64,000 bases of DNA from a virus (IMGVR_UViG_3300037483_000378:1-64000); one strand, 5' to 3'; numbered from the stretch's first letter, positions 1 through 8,886 are shown. Numbers and translations: made by a program. Notes: a model not told the origin generated them from the letters alone.

Positions 1-284
1 CAAACGGAAAGGCGCTTCTCGATGCAGAGCCGGTACAAGTCCGTAGTCCGCGAGCCGTTGTCGCGGCTCCGCGCACGCCGTTCCAGGAGCCCGCGCGCCA
101 CCAGCTTGGATAGGTGGTCACGGAGGGTCCGCACGCCGACCTCGGCACGCTTCGCGAGGAGCTTCTGCCCGTACCACGAGACCCCGTCCGCATCGGCTAC
201 GTCCGCTAGGACTAGGAGAACGCACTTCGTTGCCGCGCTTCCAGCTTGCTGGCGTAATGCCCACGCCATCGCATCGACGCTCAT
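1..284 (-). CDS. HTH-domain phage replication initiator, N-terminal part (runs off the left edge)
   Basis: Manual translation from ATG at 284: MSVDAMAWALRQQAGSAATKCVLLVLADVADADGVSWYGQKLLAKRAEVGVRTLRDHLSKLVARGLLERRARSRDNGSRTTDLYRL; typical HTH_36-type initiator N-terminus; not in ORF track. Confidence 0.8.
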   Translation of the reverse strand, partial: MSVDAMAWALRQQAGSAATKCVLLVLADVADADGVSWYGQKLLAKRAEVGVRTLRDHLSKLVARGLLERRARSRDNGSRTTDLYRLCIEKRLSV

Positions 285-549
285 CGCTTTCCGCCCCGAG
301 CCCGAACCGTCTTCTGCCACGGCGAAGGCAGATAACCGCATTGAGCGGCAGGTTTATGGGGGGTAGCAAACGGGGCGGCAGGTCGCCGCATAAGAACGCA
401 CCTCCTTTGCAGGTGAGTCGCGGAGGGGGGGCAGGAGGAACGGGACGGGGCAAAGGTCCGCCCCGCGTCCAACCGTCCACCGAGGGGCGACAGCTCGACC
501 TCGCGCAAGGTCAACCTGCCCCCCTCCGGTATGTGCTACAGCGTAACCT

Positions 550-577
550 ATAACGCCGGGGGCCGTCCCCCGTAAAG
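550..577 (-). promoter_or_regulatory. Putative phage-sigma promoter CTTTACG-N16-GTTAT upstream of the initiator gene
   Basis: Same motif at 22315-22341 and 53444-53470; shares GTTATAGGT(T/A)AC(G/C)CTGTAG with the 53.4 kb copy. Confidence 0.65.
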
Positions 578-621
578 GGGCGCCCCAGGATCAAGTGGGC
601 CCGGCGGGATGGTGTCCGGGA

Positions 622-1818
622 TCAGTCCTTGTACGGGTCTACGGTGTTGCCCGGGGCCATGCAGACGATCACTGGACGCAGGGTGTGCTGGACGGTGACG
701 GTCGGACCCTGGGCCGCGAGGACGTCGGGCAGACGGCGGTACGCCTGGGGTGCTTCGTCCAGATCAGCGCCGCGCAACACAACATCTCGCTCTGTGATCC
801 AGCCCTTCATGTCGGCGTGACTCACGGCACCCGGCTTGACCAACTGGCCCTTGCGCCACTTCCCCTTCGCCGCGGTGCGGGACATGACGCGTCCGGCACC
901 GTGGACGGTGGAGTACAGTGCCTGCTTCTGCAGCCATGCCTCGGCCGACCCATCGGGATGGTCGGCTCCGACCAGGATCACAGCGTCGTCGCCCATGGAC
1001 CCGCCGACAAAGCCTCGCTGGCCGGGCCGGGCCGGTGTCGCTCCTTTCCTTACCACCACATAGTTCCGCCCCTCGTGGTGCTCCCTCCACGCGAAGTTGT
1101 GGTGATTGTGGACAAGATCGACCTCAAAACCACCGAGGATCTCCACGACCCTACGCGCCACCCACTCCCTCCCCGCGTAGGCGTACTCTCCGGCCAGCGT
1201 CATCGCGGCCCAGTAGTCGTGCCCGATGGGGTGCTCCAAGTGCAGGAGCGCCTCCGCCTCTGGGACCTTCGTGCCCCATGGTTCTCCCTGGGCATAGGCG
1301 AGGAAGTTGGAAGCCAAGGTGTGCCCGAGCCCACGGCTCCCGAAGTGGACGCCTACCCACACCCGGTCCTGCTCGTCAGCGAACACGTCCACGTAGTGGT
1401 TGCCTGCGCCGATGGTGCCGAGCTGGTGACGAGCCCTCTCGCGGAGCTGGTGTCGGTAGCGTTCGGGTACCACGTCCCACACCGGCGACTCGAACAGCGG
1501 GTGACCCGTCGGAGCTCGATCCGCGAGATTGGCGAGGCCCACGCCGAAGGACAGGTGGGCGAAGATGTCGTCCGCCAACTCCTCCCTGCGATAGGCGATG
1601 GCGGAATAGGGCAGGTCGGTCAGGATGGCCGCGTTGCCACAAGCGATGTCGAAACCGACCCCCACAACGCTGACGCGATTCGAGAAGGCTGCCACTCCGC
1701 CGATGGGCATGACGTACCCCAGGTGCCCGTCTGCCATGAGGGCGAACCGATCCGCCCTCGATGCCACGTCCTTCGCTTGAGCGATGGTGCCCTCGTCATG
1801 CTCTCCGAATACCTTCAG
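622..1818 (-). CDS. rtcB: RtcB family RNA 3'-phosphate/5'-OH ligase
   Basis: Motifs DGHLGYVMPIGG, GFDIACG, GTIGAGNHY, VHFGSRGLG, HNHHN, RKGAT, GSMG, HGAGR, DEAPQAYR; probable CTG start at 1818 behind GGGAGG, overlapping the upstream TGA. Confidence 0.95.
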   Translation of the reverse strand: MKVFGEHDEGTIAQAKDVASRADRFALMADGHLGYVMPIGGVAAFSNRVSVVGVGFDIACGNAAILTDLPYSAIAYRREELADDIFAHLSFGVGLANLADRAPTGHPLFESPVWDVVPERYRHQLRERARHQLGTIGAGNHYVDVFADEQDRVWVGVHFGSRGLGHTLASNFLAYAQGEPWGTKVPEAEALLHLEHPIGHDYWAAMTLAGEYAYAGREWVARRVVEILGGFEVDLVHNHHNFAWREHHEGRNYVVVRKGATPARPGQRGFVGGSMGDDAVILVGADHPDGSAEAWLQKQALYSTVHGAGRVMSRTAAKGKWRKGQLVKPGAVSHADMKGWITERDVVLRGADLDEAPQAYRRLPDVLAAQGPTVTVQHTLRPVIVCMAPGNTVDPYKD

Positions 1819-2669
1819 GGCTCTGACCTCCCTAGCCGCGCCAGCATGCGCCGCGCGATCTCTTTGGTCTCCTCCGGGAAGTCCTTCGATATCATCCACT
1901 TCAGGTAGCCGGGCTGCGTCGCCACCGGCTTGTCCGCCTGCTGGCCGAACGCGAACACGATCTTGCCATTCTCGCGCCGCTTGAACTTGCCGGCCCTGTC
2001 CAGCATTTCCGGCGGCGCCGTGATGCGCAGCAGCTCTCCCACCGGCGGCCAGCCGGGTGCCACGCGCATGCTTTGCCCTTCTTCGACCACTTCGGCCAGG
2101 GGAAAGAAGTCCGCGAGCATCCCGTTCATAACGTCGCGCAGCACGCTCGCATCCTTGCTCGCACGGTGCGCGCCCTCGCCCAGCTCGGCGACGTCTGCGA
2201 ACCGTTGGACCGCCGACGCCAGGTCGCGTCGCTCCCTTTCCACCCACACCCGGTACAGGTCGATGTCGCGCGGCAGGATCTCGCCCCACTCGCCACGCGG
2301 CAGCCCCGAACGTCCTGCACGCCGAAGCTCGGCATCGAGGAACGGCACGTCGAAGCGCAGCGAGTTGAAACCCACGAGCACCGCGCCCTCGATCATCGTC
2401 TCTACCTGCTTGGCCACGTCCGCGAACGTCGGTGAGTCTGCCACGTCGGAGTCCGTGATGCCGTGCGTCTCCGTCGCCTCTGCCGGAATCGGAACGCAGG
2501 GGTTGACCAACCCCGTCAACTCGCCGCCGTCGCCGCCGAAGAACGCCAACTCAACGATACGGTCCGTTTCCGGGTCGAGCCCGGTCGTCTCCAGGTCGAA
2601 GTATACCAGGGTCGCAGTCAGCTCTTGCGTGAACCGAAGCTCGCCCCTGAAGTACGTCTGATAGCTCAC
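1815..2669 (-). CDS. DEDDh 3'-5' exonuclease (DNA Pol III epsilon/ExoX-like)
   Basis: YFDLETTGL, GFNSLRFD, HRASKD motifs; C-terminal FGQ..V...PGYLKW tail; GTG start behind AAGGAGG. Confidence 0.9.
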   Translation of the reverse strand: MSYQTYFRGELRFTQELTATLVYFDLETTGLDPETDRIVELAFFGGDGGELTGLVNPCVPIPAEATETHGITDSDVADSPTFADVAKQVETMIEGAVLVGFNSLRFDVPFLDAELRRAGRSGLPRGEWGEILPRDIDLYRVWVERERRDLASAVQRFADVAELGEGAHRASKDASVLRDVMNGMLADFFPLAEVVEEGQSMRVAPGWPPVGELLRITAPPEMLDRAGKFKRRENGKIVFAFGQQADKPVATQPGYLKWMISKDFPEETKEIARRMLARLGRSEP

Positions 2670-2674
2670 TTGCT

Positions 2675-3136
2675 TCACCCTCCTTCGCATGCGGCCAGCA
2701 GCCGCGCCAGCGTCATGACCTGCGGGTTCGTGCGCCCCGCCTCCACGTCCCGGACCGTCGTGCGCGAGCAGCCGGCCCGGCGCGCCAGCCCGCTCTTCGT
2801 AAGGCCCGCTCCGCTCCGCGCGCCCCGCACCAAGGCGGCCGCGTTCCCGAGAATGCCACCCGCAGATGCTGTCAGCGCCCCCGCCGTGGCCCATAGAAGC
2901 TCCCTGGCGCCCTCCGGCGCCCCCAGGGTACGGGTAAGCGCATCGGCACGACCCAGGGCGCAGAACAGGGCCTCGGCCGCGTGGGCATAGTAGCCGGGCC
3001 GGATCCGCTCCTCACCCTCCGCATCGCTCCGGCTTCGCGGGTATGGCTCCCCCACCACGTAGCCGGGGCCGCGAGCCTTGCGCGCCACCACGCAACCGCA
3101 GAGCCGGATCTCGGCCACGGGTGCGGGCCGGGTCAT
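2675..3136 (-). CDS. Protein with C-terminal XRE/Cro helix-turn-helix
   Basis: GLTKSGLARRAGCSRTTVRDVEAGRTNPQVMTL; ATGA overlap with upstream gene. Confidence 0.8.
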   Translation of the reverse strand: MTRPAPVAEIRLCGCVVARKARGPGYVVGEPYPRSRSDAEGEERIRPGYYAHAAEALFCALGRADALTRTLGAPEGARELLWATAGALTASAGGILGNAAALVRGARSGAGLTKSGLARRAGCSRTTVRDVEAGRTNPQVMTLARLLAACEGG

Positions 3137-3366
3137 AGCCGCCTCCACGGGTACCACCGCCTGAGCCCGCGTAGTTTGTCGGCCGCCGCGAGCGCCTCTG
3201 CCTCCGCTCGCATCAGGCCCCCTACGTCACCGGATGTGTACGCCTTCACGATCCCCTCGTACGCGGCCCGCTGCCGGGCGTACGCAGCCCGCACCTTCAC
3301 GTGCCACGCCGCCTCGCTAGCCACGAACGCGGCCACGAGAACCACGCCGATTATCCACGTCGTCAT
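3133..3366 (-). CDS. Small membrane-anchored hypothetical protein
   Basis: N-terminal hydrophobic helix; coupled by ATGA overlaps. Confidence 0.6.
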   Translation of the reverse strand: MTTWIIGVVLVAAFVASEAAWHVKVRAAYARQRAAYEGIVKAYTSGDVGGLMRAEAEALAAADKLRGLRRWYPWRRL

Positions 3367-3620
3367 GTCGCGCCCACCTCCTCATCTTCTCGCCGTTTGC
3401 TCGGACGCCCGCGCCTGCCAGGCTCATCGCCGCCTGCGGCCTGAAACGCGCTCACGCTCCCGAATAGTCGTGCGAACGCCCGATAGTAGTCACCCATGTC
3501 GCGCTTCGTGACGCGCCGGCCAGCGCGTGCCCGAGCCCGATGATACCAGTCCAGTGCTTCTTCGATCGTCCATACCTCTCCGTGCGTCTTCCGACCACGC
3601 GGCCAGATCGGCTTACCCAT
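3363..3620 (-). CDS. Small protein resembling the homing-endonuclease-associated repeat
   Basis: WT.EE.L...YYRAFARLFGSVSAFQAAGG plus RGRP; paralogous to the next gene. Confidence 0.6.
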   Translation of the reverse strand: MGKPIWPRGRKTHGEVWTIEEALDWYHRARARAGRRVTKRDMGDYYRAFARLFGSVSAFQAAGGDEPGRRGRPSKRREDEEVGAT

Positions 3621-3810
3621 CGGTCGCCACCTTGCGCGGACGCCCTCGCTTGTTCGGCACGTGACCGAGCGCAGCCTGGAATTCCGATAGGCTGCCGAAC
3701 TCCCGGTACACGGCCATGTGCTGTGGTATCATGTCCGTGAGCGTCGGCTTCCTGCCCAGCTCGCGACCGAACTCCAGGAGCCGGGCGCGCGTCCAGTAGG
3801 TGGGCATCAT
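3613..3810 (-). CDS. Small protein resembling the homing-endonuclease-associated repeat
   Basis: WTRARLLEFGRELGRKPT...VYREFGSLSEFQAALG plus RGRP. Confidence 0.65.
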   Translation of the reverse strand: MMPTYWTRARLLEFGRELGRKPTLTDMIPQHMAVYREFGSLSEFQAALGHVPNKRGRPRKVATDG

Positions 3811-5198
3811 GCGCGACCACCCCCGAACAGGTCGCCGGTCTTCTCCGCACGCTTCGACGCCACGGCACGCTCCAGCTCGTCCACCGCATCGTGGAGCGCG
3901 AAGTAGCTACCCTCGTCGTGCGCCATGTTGATCTCCGCGCTCGCGTCCGCTTGCGAGTCGTCGTCGAACGCACCGAGGTCGCGCATTTCTACCACCGCAC
4001 TGCGCCCGCGATCGAGAAGGTCAGCCATCAACGAGGAGTCAGGTACCGGTGCCGCTTCCGTCGGCTGATCCGTCGGGTCATCGCTCATGCCCATCCACGC
4101 ACGAAGCGCCCGGCGCGTGTCGTCGTCGATCCACGGGCACTCGTCCGCCAGCACGGCGTAGTGCGTGATGTAACCGCGCTGCTTCTCGGCCAGTTCGCCC
4201 CACGTCTTGTCGCGGTGCGTGCCGAACCCGACGAGCTGATCCACGATCGGCACCACGGCACCGCTTTCCTCCGGGGCGGCACTCCCGCCGTCTCGGCTGC
4301 CCTCCATCCGCTGCATGCCGCGCCGCAGGTCGTCGAGCCGCTGGGCTGCATGTGCCTGAGCGCGCTGGTCCAGCGTCCTGAACTCTGCCTCGGGAACGTC
4401 ATCCCCAGGCTCGCGCGCGACGCCGCGCTCCAGCTCGTCGTCGTACCTGAACACGGCAGCCTGAGTCGGGTTCAGGTCGAGGTACTTCACCCCGCGCTTG
4501 ATCGGCATCTTCCGGTACATCTGGTCCGCGTTCGTGCGCCAGGCCGGGCCCTCGTCGCGCCGCTTCTTCGCGTTCTCCCGAATCTCATCCATCTCCTCCA
4601 CCGACATCACCTCGCGGTGACGCAGACCGTTCGCGAGATGGAAGATCGCGTAGCAGTAGACGATGCCCCCGCGTTTCTTCGGGTCCTTCTCCGGCTTGTG
4701 CCGCACGAACGGCTCGTCACCGAGCTGGAAGTCGAACTCGTCCCCGGAGCGCACCACCTGCGGGTCTACATGAAGTACCGTGCCGCTGCGCGTCAGCGTC
4801 CTGATGAACCCCTTGTACATTGGGTTGAACGTGACCTCCAAGCGGTTCTTGCCCTTGTTCTTCCAGACCTCCAGGTACCCTTCCTCGCCGTCCGGGCGGA
4901 GGTTGAGCTGCGCCGCCTTCCGCAGCGCGCTATAGAGCGACACCTTGTCTGCCTTCCAGAGTCCCTCGTCGCGAAGATACGCCGTCGTCGCGACCTCGAT
5001 GAAATGATCGGCCGACATCCACCCGACGAGCGCGCCCTCGAACTCCTCGCGGCGCGCAACTAGCGAACGGCGGAACGCGTCGTAGTGCTTCTCCTGCGGG
5101 GGACCCACGGACCCGGGGCCACCAAGCTCCGCGACCTGCGCGTCCTTCACGACGGGCGCGACGCCCGTGCCCGGCTCCGTCTTCTCGTCACTAGCCAT
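3807..5198 (-). CDS. recT: RecT/ERF-like single-strand annealing protein with long C-terminal extension
   Basis: LYSALRKAAQLNLRP, FNPMYKG, VVRSGDEFDFQLG, W....DQMYRKMPIKR; adjacent to YqaJ nuclease; start MASDEK at 5198. Confidence 0.85.
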   Translation of the reverse strand: MASDEKTEPGTGVAPVVKDAQVAELGGPGSVGPPQEKHYDAFRRSLVARREEFEGALVGWMSADHFIEVATTAYLRDEGLWKADKVSLYSALRKAAQLNLRPDGEEGYLEVWKNKGKNRLEVTFNPMYKGFIRTLTRSGTVLHVDPQVVRSGDEFDFQLGDEPFVRHKPEKDPKKRGGIVYCYAIFHLANGLRHREVMSVEEMDEIRENAKKRRDEGPAWRTNADQMYRKMPIKRGVKYLDLNPTQAAVFRYDDELERGVAREPGDDVPEAEFRTLDQRAQAHAAQRLDDLRRGMQRMEGSRDGGSAAPEESGAVVPIVDQLVGFGTHRDKTWGELAEKQRGYITHYAVLADECPWIDDDTRRALRAWMGMSDDPTDQPTEAAPVPDSSLMADLLDRGRSAVVEMRDLGAFDDDSQADASAEINMAHDEGSYFALHDAVDELERAVASKRAEKTGDLFGGGRA

Positions 5199-6342
5199 CA
5201 CTCTGCTCCTTGCTTCGTGGCACGTAGAGGTAGCGGCTCGGGTCGCCGCTTCGCTCGAACCGCGTGAGGTCCAGCTCCAGCTCTGCGAGGAACTCGTCCG
5301 CGTCCTGCACGATCTCGTACTCGGTGATGTCCTCGCCATTCATCAGCACGGTTCCGTCCTGCCGGATTACGCCCCACCCGACGAGCGCGCTGCGCACGAG
5401 GTCCCAGTCGAGCGGCCGTGCGATCGTCAGCGACGTCTTCTGGAAGCTCACGACGCCAGCCTTCGTCACGACGCTGAACGTTCCGACGTCTCCCACCGAT
5501 GCACGCTGATGTCCGAGCGCCACCATGTGCCCTAGCATCGCGGACGTCTTCGCGCGGTATAGCTCCTCGCCGCGCTTCCGCAGGTCGCGCGCCTCCATGA
5601 CCTCGCGGGCGAGCACGACCGTCTCCTCGTCGTCGATCGTCACAAGGTCGCCCATCAGTTCGGGCAGCGGTGGCATGCCCTCCTTCGCCAGCAGCTCCCA
5701 CTCCGTCGGGTCCGGGGGGACGCGCGGCACCACGTGCTCATCCCAGAACCGCTGCCCGGCCTCCAGCAGGAAGCTCGCCATGTCAGGCTCCACCTTGATG
5801 GGGACCGGGATGCACGGCCCCGCCTCGTGCTCCAGCGTGAAGTAGTTCATGCACACCCACGACCGGCGGTTCACCGCGCCGTAGGTGTACCCCTGGAGCA
5901 GCTCGCTCTGACGCATGCCTTCATCTAGGATGCGCTGTACCGTGGACGAGCGCGGCGCCTTCGTCTCGCCCACCCCAGGGCCGCGCATCCACTCCGGGGC
6001 AGGCTCGCCTTCCCACGCGCGCTCCGCGTCGGCGAAGATCTGGTAGTCCGTGTGGCACTGGAACGCCGGGTAGTCGGGGTGCGTGCTCACGTCGCGCGTC
6101 GCGCGGCCCTTCCACCCGGTGCGCGCCCAGAAGTGCTCGCGCGCCATGTCCTCCAGCATGTGCCCGCGCATCGTGTCGATCGTCTGCTCGTCGTCCTCTC
6201 CCCGCTGCGGGCGCGTCAGGGCGTGGTAGACGTCGAGTGCGTTCGTCTTCGGCACGAGCCCGAAGATCCGCGCCATCGCGGTACCGCCCAGCCCGCGAGG
6301 ATGCACCTTGCCGCAGATGCGGCACAACTCGCTACTGTTCAC
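5191..6342 (-). CDS. YqaJ-like (lambda exonuclease family) recombination nuclease
   Basis: GLGGTAMARIFG, MRGHMLED, HPDYPAFQCHTD, FWDEHV..RVPP; partner of RecT. Confidence 0.8.
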   Translation of the reverse strand: MNSSELCRICGKVHPRGLGGTAMARIFGLVPKTNALDVYHALTRPQRGEDDEQTIDTMRGHMLEDMAREHFWARTGWKGRATRDVSTHPDYPAFQCHTDYQIFADAERAWEGEPAPEWMRGPGVGETKAPRSSTVQRILDEGMRQSELLQGYTYGAVNRRSWVCMNYFTLEHEAGPCIPVPIKVEPDMASFLLEAGQRFWDEHVVPRVPPDPTEWELLAKEGMPPLPELMGDLVTIDDEETVVLAREVMEARDLRKRGEELYRAKTSAMLGHMVALGHQRASVGDVGTFSVVTKAGVVSFQKTSLTIARPLDWDLVRSALVGWGVIRQDGTVLMNGEDITEYEIVQDADEFLAELELDLTRFERSGDPSRYLYVPRSKEQSDG

Positions 6343-6560
6343 GTCCCATCTCCCTCCCCTACAACGCCGGGTACCGGCGCGCGCGGGTGTAAGACGTCGA
6401 GCGCCACGTCGAGTGCTCCGGCTGCGATCTCCTCGCCGCCAGGCCCGCAGGACCCGGTATGGATAACGCCGCTTCGCCCCACCACGAGCAGCACGACGGT
6501 TTCCGCGTAGAGGTCCACGGCCAGCTTCAGCGCCGTGCGCCGATAGATCGGATTCGTCAT
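6339..6560 (-). CDS. Hypothetical protein
   Basis: Coupled by start/stop overlaps on both sides. Confidence 0.5.
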   Translation of the reverse strand: MTNPIYRRTALKLAVDLYAETVVLLVVGRSGVIHTGSCGPGGEEIAAGALDVALDVLHPRAPVPGVVGEGDGT

Positions 6561-7141
6561 CGCAGCAACTCCCTCGCCCACGAGCCCTGCCAATCGGCAC
6601 GACGCCCGAACCGGCGGTGCAAGGTTTTCATATCGGGCAGGTTGTCTGCGCTGATGCTATCCCAGATGTCGTGCCAGACCGCACCCCAGCGCGCGCCCTT
6701 CGGGGGCTGCCACTTGAGTGCGTCGCCGTGGATGATCGCGAGCGGCTTCCCCTCGTCACGCGCCATCTGCTCGTAGTGAGGACCGACAAGCGCGATGACG
6801 TCGGCGTCGATCTCCACCACGGTCACGTCCGTTACCTCCGGCTTCTTGAGCACGGCCGCGAGCACCATGCCGAGCCCGAGCCCATGAAGCAGCGCGCGGC
6901 CCTTGACGTTGCGAACGAACCACGAATGGTCCTGCTGCTCGGCTGGCGTGTCGCTCATCACGACGGTCCGCCCTCGCATCAGCCGCGTGTACGTGCCCGG
7001 CACGATGCGCCTACGGTACCCGCCGGGCGAGAAGTCGCACCGGAAGTTGTGGAACCTCGCGCCATCTTCCGTCACCTCGAACCGTTCGACTCGCCATGGT
7101 CCACGCTCTCCTTCCGGCACCGCGACACGCGTGATGCTCAC
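6557..7141 (-). CDS. Class I SAM-dependent methyltransferase (spermidine-synthase-like fold)
   Basis: ALLHGLGLG motif I, VTVVEID, IIHGDA, VWHDIW; GTG start with GGAGG. Confidence 0.8.
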   Translation of the reverse strand: MSITRVAVPEGERGPWRVERFEVTEDGARFHNFRCDFSPGGYRRRIVPGTYTRLMRGRTVVMSDTPAEQQDHSWFVRNVKGRALLHGLGLGMVLAAVLKKPEVTDVTVVEIDADVIALVGPHYEQMARDEGKPLAIIHGDALKWQPPKGARWGAVWHDIWDSISADNLPDMKTLHRRFGRRADWQGSWARELLR

Positions 7142-7524
7142 CGTACCTCCGTGTGTGCATACACACGGACGGGAACGAACACGCAGCGGCATCCTTTCCC
7201 GTGCGGTTCGGCGTAGGATACGATCTTGCCATCGGCCGCCCTGCACGCATCATGCGTCGCTGCATCAGCTTCTGATCCCCGATCTAGAACGGCCTGAACG
7301 CGGTACTGCGTCACCTCCTGTACCTCCCCCCCGGCCGCGACGTCAAGCACGTCGGTAAGGCGACGGCTCACGAGCCCGGCCACGCGCTGCGCAGCACCGA
7401 GCGCGATTCGACCGCCCACGGGCACGGCCACCACGTCGTCGCGCCGCAGCTTCTCTATGCCGTCGCAGAGCCTGCGCGCTGCGTTGCGCACGCGATGAAG
7501 CCGGTCACGCGTCCCAGCCTTCAT
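7138..7524 (-). CDS. Hypothetical protein with C-terminal H..C...DG...H..CRC motif
   Basis: ATG overlaps the stop of the 7521-7688 gene; ends THDACRAADGKIVSYAEPHGKGCRCVFVP. Confidence 0.55.
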   Translation of the reverse strand: MKAGTRDRLHRVRNAARRLCDGIEKLRRDDVVAVPVGGRIALGAAQRVAGLVSRRLTDVLDVAAGGEVQEVTQYRVQAVLDRGSEADAATHDACRAADGKIVSYAEPHGKGCRCVFVPVRVYAHTEVR

Positions 7525-7688
7525 GCCAGCGCCACGGCCCGAGGCCGCGCCTGCTTGACGGCCCGCACCACCGGCCGTCCCTGCTTCGTCTCCACGCTCA
7601 CCCGCCAGCCCGCCATCTGATACAGGCGAGCGATATCCCGGGCGCGCGCCTTCTCCGCTTGACGCTTCTCCCATTCTTGCCTCGTCAT
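7521..7688 (-). CDS. 55-aa microprotein (paralog of 10502-10648)
   Basis: RBS GGAGGG; MTRQEWEKRQAEKARARDIARLYQMAGWRVSVETKQGRPVVRAVKQARPRAVALA; below ORF-track cutoff. Confidence 0.7.
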   Translation of the reverse strand: MTRQEWEKRQAEKARARDIARLYQMAGWRVSVETKQGRPVVRAVKQARPRAVALA

Positions 7689-7699
7689 GGTAGGTCCCT

Positions 7700-8220
7700 C
7701 CGTCCAAGGGTAGTTTACCGTCCGTGTCTGGTTCTTGCTTTCTGCCGTTTAAGGGCCAACCTCTAGCGGTGAGTCCCGAGCTGTTGGGCAAGGGGCACCC
7801 CCCCCCGCAACGAAGCAGGTCGGATGTCCCTGCCCGTACAACCTCCGGCGGAGCCGTCCGTCGCGGCGGGCACGTAGGCAGCAGGTCCCACTCCTACGCT
7901 TGGGCGGCTCTTGCCGGGATTTCCTCCGACTCGCACGGGCGCCGCCCTCAAGGGCTGCCCTGCTGGCTCTGTGCTTCCCCCTGGTAGCCAGCCCTTCACA
8001 CGGGAAGCGCCAGGTGGCTTGCCGCTCCTCCGCTCCCGTGGGTGCACCGCAAAGCTCCCTCGGATGATCCCGGGAAGTCATGGCCTACAAAAGCGAAGGA
8101 CCAGCACGTCGCTCCGACACCCCCTGGGCGGTGGGTGCCCCGGCCATAGAGGCGCGGGGGAAACGTGCTGGCCCTTCTTAGCTCGCGGTGATGCCGCCCA
8201 GGCACTTTCGGAGCTAGGTA
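7700..8220 (-). ncRNA. Candidate large structured non-coding RNA or leader
   Basis: No convincing ORF; nested stems, e.g. 14-bp 8163-8176/8096-8109 and 7905-7910/7851-7856. Confidence 0.4.
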
Positions 8221-8323
8221 CATACTACCGCCACCCTGAGTGACGGTAAAGGGGTAGGGTAGACGACGCCCGGTGGGGCCCTGACCCCCTATCCCTTGCA
8301 GGCCGCAGCCGCGCCCCCAACGT

Positions 8324-8626
8324 TCATGGAATCCGCTCCGCGCAACTCGCGCAGTAGCCGCACCGCATCCGGTCCCACACGATCCACGATTCTACGCCCG
8401 TCCCGTCCGGCTCCGGAGGCGGGTCGCCCAACGTGCCGCCGCATAGGCGACACCGATCGTGCGTCTGAGCGTACAACGAGGAGTACGCGTCAGACTCCTC
8501 CGGCAGCGCGCGCTTCGCCGCCTCGTCGCCGCCCTCTGCCGCGACGTACAACGCGCCGAGCCGGTCGCGCCTGGCCTTCAGAAAGGCGAGCTGATGCTCG
8601 GTCGGCTGCTTCGCCGCCACCGTCAT
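8324..8626 (-). CDS. Zinc-finger hypothetical protein
   Basis: CRLC...CGYCASC. Confidence 0.65.
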   Translation of the reverse strand: MTVAAKQPTEHQLAFLKARRDRLGALYVAAEGGDEAAKRALPEESDAYSSLYAQTHDRCRLCGGTLGDPPPEPDGTGVESWIVWDRMRCGYCASCAERIP

Positions 8627-8883
8627 ACCTTACGCCTGTGGAATAGGGCCTTCACGCGGTGCCACGCGCCGCGTCGCTCCGGCTTGGCGAACCTGCTCCT
8701 GCTCGCGCGTGCCGCCGCCATCTCCTTCGCCCGCTCGTCTTCCCTGTGCGCCGCCAACTCGGCGAACGCACGCGCCAGCGCGCTCGGCTTCGGGAGTCGC
8801 GCAACGTGCCGGGGTCTCGGCGCCGTCGTGATGTGCCCGGCTGCCCTCGCCCGCTTCTCGATCTGCCTCAGCATGTAGCCCAT
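8623..8883 (-). CDS. Basic hypothetical protein
   Basis: RBS GGGAGG; GTGA/ATGA-type coupling to next gene. Confidence 0.55.
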   Translation of the reverse strand: MGYMLRQIEKRARAAGHITTAPRPRHVARLPKPSALARAFAELAAHREDERAKEMAAARASRSRFAKPERRGAWHRVKALFHRRKV

Positions 8884-8886
8884 GGA

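Noticed and set aside
7700-8220. RNase P RNA, group II intron or cobalamin riboswitch identity for the structured gap
   Set aside because: Only short fragments resemble these (GAGGAAAT, GGTAAACT, GAGCCG..CGGCTC); order, spacing and catalytic domains do not match
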